This document shows, one piece after another, positions 39,415-47,628 of a stretch of 64,000 nt of DNA. The notes under the pieces are model-generated. The model saw only the letters and a program-made list of their open reading frames with translations. It was not told the origin of the DNA and did not search any database. The translations under genes and the position numbers were made by a program. The stretch spans positions 2,499 through 66,498 of the forward strand of contig DATKXY010000046.1 in NCBI GenBank assembly GCA_035528795.1, given 5' to 3'. Source of the DNA: an archaeon (lineage in GTDB: Bacteria > Gemmatimonadota > Glassbacteria > GWA2-58-10). Positions within the stretch are counted from its first letter, which is position 1; every line of letters begins with the position of its first letter.

Positions 39415-40977
39415 ATGCAAATTGAGTTTATTGAGCGCTTTGATTTGACCTCGCCGACTGATCTTCTGCTGTTACCAGTGTTGCAGGGTAAGGTTCTGGA
39501 CGATCCTTTGGTGTCCGGGCTGAACCTGGCGCTTGACGGTGCCTTGGAAAAACTGGCCGGGCAGGAAAAATTCAAGGCCAAAGACAGCCAGAGCTTGAAT
39601 TTCAATACCCTGGGCAGGATCGGTCCCCAGAGAGTGACTCTTTTAGGTTTGGGCCCGGTCGAAAAACTAAGCCCTGAAACATTCCGCCGCGCTGGAGGCA
39701 GGGCTGCCGAAAGCTTGCAGAAATACCGGGTGAGCGGACTTACGGCTGCCTGCCAGTTGCCTGAAGGTGCGGACTTTACATTAGATCAGGCTGTAGGCGG
39801 TTTCCTGGAGGGCCTCGAGCTCGGACTCTACCGGTTCGAAAAATACAAGAGCAAAGAAGATGAGGAGCCATCCTATTCCGGGCCGGAAATGGCGGGACTT
39901 TTTGCCTGTGATGCTTCCGGCAGGCCCCAAGGGAAGAAAAAGAAGCTCCAGGCTCAAGCCCGCCATGCAGCTCTGGTGACACAGGGCGTGCTGACAGCGC
40001 GGGACATGATAAACGAGATCCCTGAGGTGATGACACCGGAGAATCTGGCAAAAAGGGCCGGGGAGCTGGCCGCGGAGGTGGAGGGAATCAAAGTCCGCGT
40101 ACTGGATGAGAAGGCCATGGCCGGGGAAAAAATGGCTGCGGCTCTCGCCGTGGCCCGGGGCAGCGAGAACAGCCCCCGCTTTATCGAGCTGGTCTATGAT
40201 CCCCCCGGAGTTCCGGGAAAGGAAGACCTGCTGGTCATGGTGGGCAAGGGCGTGACTTTCGACAGCGGAGGTCTCAATATCAAGCCCGGTGAACACATGG
40301 CTACGATGAAAATGGACATGTCCGGTGCAGCGGCTGTAATATCCGCGATTACAGTGATCGCCCGCTTGAAGCTTCCTCTGCGGGTGGCTGCAGTAGTGGC
40401 TGCTGTCGAGAACATGCCCAGCGGCCGGGCCTACAGGCCGGATGATGTGGTCCGGGCGATGAACGGTACCACGATCGAGGTGGGAAGCACCGATGCAGAG
40501 GGACGCCTTACCCTGGCTGATGCCTTGAGCTGGGCGATCACCAGGCTCGGCGCAGGCAGAATAGTCGACCTCGCCACCCTGACCGGTTCCTGCGTGGTCG
40601 GTCTTGGACCCTATACCGCAGGGGCCATGGGAAACGACAAGGATTGGCTCTCTTTTGTGCTCGACTCGGCCAGAGAGGCCGGTGAAAAATGCAGCGAGCT
40701 GCCGCTGGATCAGGATCTGGCGGATGATATCAAAAGCGAGATCGCCGATGTAAAAAATATCGGCGCCACCCGTTTCGGAGGGGCGATTGCCGGGGCGCTT
40801 TTCCTGGAGAAATTTGTCCGGAAAACACCATGGGTGCACCTGGATATCGCCGGTCCAGCCTGGGCCGAAAAAAAACGCCACTACCAACCGGCCGGCGGCA
40901 CGGGGTTCGGTGTGCGGCTCCTGGTGCGCCTGGCCGAAAGACTCGCCGCCAGGGGCAAACAGGATAGTATGTTATGA
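39415..40977 (+). CDS. pepA: leucyl aminopeptidase (M17 family)
   Basis: NTDAEGRL motif, VGKGVTFDSGG; 520 aa. Confidence 0.9.
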   Translation: MQIEFIERFDLTSPTDLLLLPVLQGKVLDDPLVSGLNLALDGALEKLAGQEKFKAKDSQSLNFNTLGRIGPQRVTLLGLGPVEKLSPETFRRAGGRAAESLQKYRVSGLTAACQLPEGADFTLDQAVGGFLEGLELGLYRFEKYKSKEDEEPSYSGPEMAGLFACDASGRPQGKKKKLQAQARHAALVTQGVLTARDMINEIPEVMTPENLAKRAGELAAEVEGIKVRVLDEKAMAGEKMAAALAVARGSENSPRFIELVYDPPGVPGKEDLLVMVGKGVTFDSGGLNIKPGEHMATMKMDMSGAAAVISAITVIARLKLPLRVAAVVAAVENMPSGRAYRPDDVVRAMNGTTIEVGSTDAEGRLTLADALSWAITRLGAGRIVDLATLTGSCVVGLGPYTAGAMGNDKDWLSFVLDSAREAGEKCSELPLDQDLADDIKSEIADVKNIGATRFGGAIAGALFLEKFVRKTPWVHLDIAGPAWAEKKRHYQPAGGTGFGVRLLVRLAERLAARGKQDSML

Positions 40978-41144
40978 GCCTTTTACTCTAGCCCCGGAGT
41001 ATTCAAAGGGCATTATTCTGAAGATCAAATATGCATTTTAAGATTGAATATGGGATGCAGGCCATTAGAATTAAACTTACTTATTTACGTAATTCCGGCG
41101 GAAATAATACGAGGTAACCACCATTGGTCAAAATCATTACTGTA

Positions 41145-42002
41145 CTAATCTCGAAAATAGTTTGGAGGAACAGCTTTAAAGTCTGTTTTCCTGCCTGGAT
41201 TTGTTTGCGCTAAATGCAGTGACTCTATAGGAAGATGGAATGTCTGTACCGCAAGTTGATTTTTTCCTTCGTGTCTATAAATAGTTCTTTCATGTGCTAT
41301 ACGATAAGGTGAAATTGCAACGGAGCCACCGTAATAACCTGTATTGCAAACAACAACGTTAGAATAAACCGTTCGTGATAGTGATTCTGCGATATGGTAA
41401 AAAGAGTTAATATCCTTGTTATATGCCAAAACAAATAAATGATGTAGCTTCCCCTTATATATTAAGTGCCGCTCAATATCCATAAAGTCGTAGCATATAC
41501 AAACACCAAAATCGCCATAGTTACGAGTATTAAATACCCAATGCGTTTTGTTTTTATTATAACTCCATCCAATATTTTTTATATGACTTTTTTCCGTAGG
41601 AGCAAGATAAGTTTTATTTAAAAAGAAAAACTTTGCATATCCACTTTTACTGCGACTTGGCCAATAAGGAGGAACAATAATCACCCCCTCATTAGCTACC
41701 GTCTTGGCTCTATAATCTAAATTGTAATCTATACCGCATATTACTATTGATCCAACTTGTACTACTATTTTGCCCAATAAATTTAAATATCCTCTTGGCA
41801 CTGCTAATTCCGGAAATATTATGATGTGTGGTTTTTGATAAGCGTAATAAAGAGTTCTCATTACATATCTTATTTCAGACCATGCAATTTTTTGCTCGGA
41901 AGCTTGCATTTGCGGAGGACTATTATTTTTCCAAGCTGCAATTCGATCTACTGTAGTTTCTCCAACACCTACTATTAGTATTTCTTCGTAAAATGAAGAC
42001 AT
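41145..42002 (-). CDS. nitrilase-superfamily (CN-hydrolase) protein, stand-alone
   Basis: catalytic triad context: IIIFPELAVP (Glu), FFLNKTYLAP (Lys), GVCICYD (Cys); 285 aa; starts 2 nt after RT stop. Confidence 0.75.
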   Translation of the reverse strand: MSSFYEEILIVGVGETTVDRIAAWKNNSPPQMQASEQKIAWSEIRYVMRTLYYAYQKPHIIIFPELAVPRGYLNLLGKIVVQVGSIVICGIDYNLDYRAKTVANEGVIIVPPYWPSRSKSGYAKFFFLNKTYLAPTEKSHIKNIGWSYNKNKTHWVFNTRNYGDFGVCICYDFMDIERHLIYKGKLHHLFVLAYNKDINSFYHIAESLSRTVYSNVVVCNTGYYGGSVAISPYRIAHERTIYRHEGKNQLAVQTFHLPIESLHLAQTNPGRKTDFKAVPPNYFRD

Positions 42003-42004
42003 AC

Positions 42005-45000
42005 TTATTCTTCTTCCTCATCATTTATTATGCTTGGCTTTGTCAATAATTCTAATTTTACGGGTATTAGTTGCACAGGTTCACCATTTTTGACCGTAAG
42101 CTGATATTTTTCTAAATGTTGACGTGAATTTTTTACTCTAAGGTAAAACTCATCGACTGCTACAATTGGTTCGGGATCGTCAAGAGAATCGTCTTCGCCA
42201 TAATGGGTCAACATATTCAATTGTTTTAGCATTGCTGTTTCTCGAGCCCTAGATGTCAGCGAGCCTAATAGCAACGAAGTAGTATTAGAGGAGCAGCGGA
42301 CGTCGTTTAATAATGTAAAAGGGAAACGTTGTTGAGATCTCCAATTACCTGGAGGATTCCATTTTTCAGGCCAAATAAATGACCGTCTTAAAAGAGCTAA
42401 CAATAAAAGAGCAGGCCCTCGAATGTGACTATATTCTGCACCTTCCTGATTTATCCAAGATGAATATCGAGGATCTTCAATTAAATCATCTATTCTATTT
42501 TGCAAGATAGGGGTATTGGATTCTATATGACTCCTCCAAGCATCCCAAGTTAAAGGGTATTTTTGAGTTATCCAGTTTCTAGGAATAAAAAAGTTTCCTG
42601 GGTGGTATGGTACTTCTGTATCCCTAGCAACGTTTTTAAAACTTAGCAATAATTTTCCAATTTCTTCTATTATTTTTAATGCTGTCCATTCTGATAATCG
42701 CAGGTCGGATGGGTATTTTTTGTTTTGTTCATTCAACCATTTGGTCCATTGAAACAAATCAATTTTTGATCTGTAATTCATCGTTCGCAATTGACTTTTT
42801 ACAAAATTTTTATCTGCATTCTCATCTGAATTTTGATACCAATCGTACAACCATCCTTTTCCTTGAGCCAATGCAAAACGTTTGAATTGACTTTTTTTAA
42901 TTCTTTTTGACAGATTTGATATCTTTAAATCGTATGGATATTTTGCAATAGTGGGCCAAACTTCCTTATTTTTTAGATTTGCATAATTGACATATTTGTG
43001 CCAAATCAATCCCGCTTGCTCACCTAATTTATAATTAATTTTCTTCTCTGCCAGCCATACCCAAATGGATATATCGTATCCACTTATATGCGACCAATCC
43101 TGATGATTGCTATCCCAGGTAAATGCATTAATTCTTTGACCAAATTCTTCTAAAGATTTTATTGATTCCCGGATCTTGCTTTTGTGGGTTATCTTTTCTA
43201 TAGAAGTTTTGCATACCTCATTTAATACTTCTATAGCAGAGCCAGTTATAAATTTCAAATTACAATATGAGGCATTAAAAAAAGCTTTGGCTTCACTACT
43301 ACTCCCAAATTGCAAAGAACAATTTTCCAGCGAGTTTAGAAATTGGCATCTTGCTGCAACTGCATCTGGCGATATATCATTTTTACAAATATCGTTTATT
43401 GCTTTTGCAATTTGATCAGAAAGAATCTGATAAACTACCGCTCGCAAATATTCTAAAGCATATTTATTGGTGTCTTTTCGCTTTTCATTCGCAAGCAATT
43501 CAATAATCGACTTTATGCCTTGGTATCCAGACAACCTGCAAAATTGTATTGCGAATAGCCATAGGCGTATTTTATCTGGGTAATCATTTATCGCTCTGAT
43601 GAGTATCTCGTGTATAAAAGCTTCTTCACCTTCTAATCTTTTTTTTAAACTAGCTCTTTCATTTTTTAGATCACTATTTTTTTTTAACAATTTTTTATTT
43701 AACTCTTCTAATTCATTCTCATTCTCATCTCTACTAATAAATTCATTTCGGTATTTATTCATGGAGCTTTCTATTTTATCCTTTGATGCTTCTATATTGG
43801 CTTTTTCCCTTTCCGTATAATTTATTTCTGCTTCTTTCTGTTGAATATGTTCTGGATACAAGTAACTCAAACGCGATGCGGCAAAAGTCATTCTAGTATC
43901 TCGCCTTATTTCAGCATCTGGGAAATCAGCCATCATCAAGTGTTTTAAATCCTCGATGAAATGAGATTGCTCTTCGAAGTCCAAAAGATCAAAAGGTGTG
44001 AGAGCAAGGTTAGATATTTGCGCTAAGGTAGGCGTTGTCAATGGCACGGGAAATCTTGGATCATATTTTGTAGCTTGCTTCGCATCACTTTCTAAATCTT
44101 TTTTATCTTCCTTTTTTATCTTCGAAGATAGATATCTTCCTAACTCCTTCGGCTGAGTTTTATCAATGTTGAAATCGATGGTCTCGATTTTTTCCCTTAA
44201 TAATTCGCGGTAGGCAATTATCCAATTCGTTAATTCTTCAAATGAATTACTCAAAAATATATGGTCATCTACAAATCTGAAATGTGCAATAGACCTGTTA
44301 TTTTTTAGTAAATCACTAACAATATGATCAACTTCCAATAGAGCCAAATTTGCAAGAAATCCAGCCACAAATAGACCCGTTGGAATTCCTTTGAATAATT
44401 TTTGTTTTTTTGAAAATTCAAGTTTCTCTATTTCATCTTCATTTAAATTCGAAAAATCCAAATTAAATGTGAGTAAATTATTTAATAGCTCCCTACCCTC
44501 CCTGGCGAGAGTAGAATAGTTAAGTATATTTTTTTCAATGATATTTATATTACAGCTTGGATAGAACTTTGATAAATCTATTCCTCCCCAATGCCATTTA
44601 CCCGTTTTTAAAGTTGATTGCCAATATCCCTTTTTCAAATAAGGAAGCTTATGTTCTTCGGTTAAATATTTTTCACTTTCTAATATCCGATTCTCCGCTT
44701 CATCGAAAGGGATATCTTCAATAGACGCCATTTTTTTTATTGTTAGATTGATATGACGTCTATAAAGTGGCCAACTGTGCTTAAATTTCCTGTAAAGATT
44801 TTTCGTCGTATGCCTGTATGGGCCAATTTTCAGTCGATCTTTTACATCGGAGATAGAGTCTTTCCACGCTGTCCTATATAACCTATGCCCGTAACTCCAA
44901 GGCATCATTTTATTGTCTAACTCTGGTCCAACAATATTTATATACGCAATCCATACGACTTGATCGCGCACATCTATATCGAAATACTGCCTTAGTCTAG

Positions 45001-45295
45001 TTTGCCCATTTTCATCTTTTCTTTTTGGATGAACTAATGGTCTTAGCGGCGACATATCATATTTACCAGCGCTAAATTGCTCTTCTATTATGCTAAGCTC
45101 TCTGTCCAAATGTTTCTCGAAATCAGCAACAGCTGCTTCGTTAAACCATGCGTCTCCAATACGATATAGAAAATACGTTTTTTCCCAAGCCCACAGCAAA
45201 TTTTCTGGTAAAGTTAATCTTTTAATCAGCTTACTTTGTGGCATTATGTCGTCTCTTTTTGGATCGGAGGTATTCCTCCAAATCTTGTCCCTCAT
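42005..45295 (-). CDS. large reverse transcriptase with about 750-aa alpha-helical C-terminal extension (UG/Abi-like defence-associated RT candidate)
   Basis: RT motifs 1/2 (PLRPLVHPKRKDENGQTRLRQYFDIDVRDQV), A (GGIDLSKFYPS), B (GIPTGLFVAGFLANLAL), C (FRFVDDHIF; FVDD encoded at 44264-44275); ORF-track start is TTG 45307, first ATG 45293 or 45244. Confidence 0.85.
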   Translation of the reverse strand: MRDKIWRNTSDPKRDDIMPQSKLIKRLTLPENLLWAWEKTYFLYRIGDAWFNEAAVADFEKHLDRELSIIEEQFSAGKYDMSPLRPLVHPKRKDENGQTRLRQYFDIDVRDQVVWIAYINIVGPELDNKMMPWSYGHRLYRTAWKDSISDVKDRLKIGPYRHTTKNLYRKFKHSWPLYRRHINLTIKKMASIEDIPFDEAENRILESEKYLTEEHKLPYLKKGYWQSTLKTGKWHWGGIDLSKFYPSCNINIIEKNILNYSTLAREGRELLNNLLTFNLDFSNLNEDEIEKLEFSKKQKLFKGIPTGLFVAGFLANLALLEVDHIVSDLLKNNRSIAHFRFVDDHIFLSNSFEELTNWIIAYRELLREKIETIDFNIDKTQPKELGRYLSSKIKKEDKKDLESDAKQATKYDPRFPVPLTTPTLAQISNLALTPFDLLDFEEQSHFIEDLKHLMMADFPDAEIRRDTRMTFAASRLSYLYPEHIQQKEAEINYTEREKANIEASKDKIESSMNKYRNEFISRDENENELEELNKKLLKKNSDLKNERASLKKRLEGEEAFIHEILIRAINDYPDKIRLWLFAIQFCRLSGYQGIKSIIELLANEKRKDTNKYALEYLRAVVYQILSDQIAKAINDICKNDISPDAVAARCQFLNSLENCSLQFGSSSEAKAFFNASYCNLKFITGSAIEVLNEVCKTSIEKITHKSKIRESIKSLEEFGQRINAFTWDSNHQDWSHISGYDISIWVWLAEKKINYKLGEQAGLIWHKYVNYANLKNKEVWPTIAKYPYDLKISNLSKRIKKSQFKRFALAQGKGWLYDWYQNSDENADKNFVKSQLRTMNYRSKIDLFQWTKWLNEQNKKYPSDLRLSEWTALKIIEEIGKLLLSFKNVARDTEVPYHPGNFFIPRNWITQKYPLTWDAWRSHIESNTPILQNRIDDLIEDPRYSSWINQEGAEYSHIRGPALLLLALLRRSFIWPEKWNPPGNWRSQQRFPFTLLNDVRCSSNTTSLLLGSLTSRARETAMLKQLNMLTHYGEDDSLDDPEPIVAVDEFYLRVKNSRQHLEKYQLTVKNGEPVQLIPVKLELLTKPSIINDEEEE

Positions 45296-46295
45296 TAAGT
45301 TTTGCAACTCTTACAATTTTCCCACCCTTTGAAAAAAGAGTTGTTAATTTTGAAGCTCCTTTTTTACCCGCTTCATCCATATCAAATACTATTATTATGT
45401 TGTAATCAGCAAATAAAGAAATCCAACTATCTCTAAAAGATCCTACACCTAATATTCCAACTGCATTGTATCCATTGCCTATAGCAGCTAAAGTATCGGG
45501 TACACCTTCAAGTATTAAAACCTTGCTTCTAATTTTTATTTTTTTTAGCACTTCAGAATTATACATAGGCTTGCTTAATCCTGATAAGTTTATATATTTA
45601 GGACCTTTAGTGTGGTTAAATCGCCTGCCCTGTATATAAACAACTTTTTCTTGGTACAAAAAGGGAAATAGAATACTACGGTCCCACCATACTAAAGTAG
45701 CCTTATTATCTTTTTTCTTAGCAATGCCACAATTGAGGAGACGTTTCACTCCATAAAGTGTAATTAATTTTGCCCAAGTTTCTTTGGGTGCTTCCAACTC
45801 ACCAATTCTTGCATTTTTTATCAATTCCGCAGAAAAGCCCCTTTTTTCTAAGTAATCAGTACCTTTCTTTGTGATTGGACATAACTCAAGTAGTTTCTCA
45901 TATATATCATTATCGCTTCCCTTTGGGTAAAATGCACTTTGGATGTCGTATGTTTCCGTCCTGTAAAAAAGTTTTTTTTGTTGGACATTACTCCCTTTTA
46001 CTGCTTTTCTCTTAAGCTTACTACTATCCATGTTATAACTACACATCAACCATTCAACAGCCTCATTGAAGCCGATATTCAGCACTTTTGCAACCAAATC
46101 GATATTTGATCCGCCCTCATTGCATCCAAAACATTTCCAAGTATTTGTATCTTCCTTAATTGAAAAGCTTGGGATTTTATCTTCATGTGTTCCCAATGGA
46201 CATCTGGACTTATTATTTTTAACGCATATCCCTAAAAGCTTTGCCACATCTATAATTGGAATACCTTTTATCTGATCTAGTTTCATTTTAACCAA
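45231..46295 (-). CDS. DnaG-like primase: zf-CHC2 zinc finger plus TOPRIM domain
   Basis: CPLGTHEDKIPSFSIKEDTNTWKCFGCNEGGSNIDLV (zf-CHC2); TOPRIM Glu (VLILEGVPD) and DxDxAG (VFDMDEAGKKG); 3'-end overlaps RT start. Confidence 0.75.
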   Translation of the reverse strand: MVKMKLDQIKGIPIIDVAKLLGICVKNNKSRCPLGTHEDKIPSFSIKEDTNTWKCFGCNEGGSNIDLVAKVLNIGFNEAVEWLMCSYNMDSSKLKRKAVKGSNVQQKKLFYRTETYDIQSAFYPKGSDNDIYEKLLELCPITKKGTDYLEKRGFSAELIKNARIGELEAPKETWAKLITLYGVKRLLNCGIAKKKDNKATLVWWDRSILFPFLYQEKVVYIQGRRFNHTKGPKYINLSGLSKPMYNSEVLKKIKIRSKVLILEGVPDTLAAIGNGYNAVGILGVGSFRDSWISLFADYNIIIVFDMDEAGKKGASKLTTLFSKGGKIVRVAKLNEGQDLEEYLRSKKRRHNATK

Positions 46296-46454
46296 CTATC
46301 GGAGTACTATTAATATAATTTATCTCGCGAACCATCGATTTATTCGATCATTTATACTATAGATATTAACAATAAGAAAACTCTTGATAATCTTTAAACG
46401 AATTATTATATTAATATATATTAGTAATCATTATCTTTTAATACGGAGGCAATA

Positions 46455-47093
46455 ATGATAATAAACAACGCACAAGCCGAGAAGCCGAGGACCGTAGCCT
46501 ATCTAAGAGTATCAATCATAGACCAGGATGTTGCGAAGAATAAAAGAGACATTCTATATTTTACGAACTAAAGAGATTTTGGCAAGGTTTTTTTTCATGA
46601 AGAGAAAGTAAGTGGCGGGAAAACGTGGCGAGAAAGAAAGCTAAAAGCGATAATTGAAGATCTTTGTGAGGGAGATCGTCAGATTGTCCCTTAATTTTCA
46701 CGACTTGTCAGATCGATGCTTGAGATAATGTAAATTCTCTCTATAGCTAAAGAAAAGGGAATTTCTATTTATGCCGTGAAAGGCAACTAGACACTCAACA
46801 GTTCGATAGAATCATAAATTATCAGGATGGTTTTTGCCATGGCCGCAGAAATCGAACGAGACTTGATTAGCCAGAGAACCAAGGAGGCCTTTAGAGCGAG
46901 AAAAGCTGCTGGTGTTAGATTAAGCCGACCGAAGGGGCCGGGTAAATCAAAACTCGATAAATATCGGGAAAAGATAATCACTCTGTTGAAAATTGGCTCC
47001 ATCAAAACTTTTGGAGTTATTATGGCTCGTGCAAAATCGTCCTCTTCAAGCTTTTGTAATAAATGGCGGCCAGATTTATGCGCCTGGAGGTGA
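46455..47093 (+). pseudogene. degraded serine recombinase (resolvase/invertase) gene
   Basis: three reading frames carry consecutive resolvase segments: VAYLRVSIIDQD (catalytic Ser region), ...RLVRSMLEIM*ILSIAKEKGISIYAVKG..., ...MVFAMAAEIERDLISQRTKEAFRARKAAGVRLSRPKG; interrupted by stops and frameshifts. Confidence 0.6.
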
Positions 47094-47628
47094 AAGTATA
47101 CCAAAACTTTAAGTTGGTCCTCAAAATTCATTTGCAACGGCCGGTTTCCTCTGGCCTCAAGTTCAGGAAGTTGTGATATGGTTTCTGATGCCGACTTGAA
47201 AACCTTAGTGAATGATTTAGGGATAAGTTTTATAAATTTTCTTGCAAGGCCTTGGCGTTTTCGTAACTCCTTTAATTTTAAATACTTATACGATATTTGC
47301 TGTTAGACCTTTTATTGAATTTTCAAGGAAAAAATTACCTCAATTTATTGTGACGTAAAAAATTGAAGAAATTTGCTCCACCTGCAATTTCCTAACTTGC
47401 ATTACTGTGAATTAGGGGGATTTAATAATCTGTTACCGGTTTTAAAAAAGGCCCTATTTCTGCAGTCAAATCAGTATTAGTCTCAGCCGGCACCAGTAAA
47501 AAGAGTTTACTGCCAGCTCGGGTGAGCAATCGACTGTTGATTGAAAGGAGAATCTAGATTAAAATTCTTTTGAGACTTGTCTTATAACAGCTATAAACCT
47601 GATTAAAAAATTTAGCCTGGCCGTTATC

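Larger units (their letters stand above)
40978..47628. mobile_element. AT-rich genomic island (defence island candidate) between pepA and a glycosyltransferase gene
   Basis: sharp GC drop; cargo = primase-RT-nitrilase cassette plus degraded serine recombinase; no tRNA or direct repeats found by eye. Confidence 0.5.

Noticed and set aside
39781-40887. 368-aa minus-strand ORF overlapping pepA
   Set aside because: It is antisense to an M17 aminopeptidase with the NTDAEGRL signature, so it is a spurious long ORF in high-GC DNA.
45090-45332. 80-aa plus-strand ORF at the primase/RT junction
   Set aside because: It is antisense to the overlapping ends of two supported minus-strand genes.
41145-47628. 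Checked for a CRISPR array, Cas1, or retron-like msr/msd inverted repeats near the RT
   Set aside because: There are no regularly spaced direct repeats or flanking a1/a2 inverted repeats. The RT is far larger than retron RTs and carries a long C-terminal domain instead.
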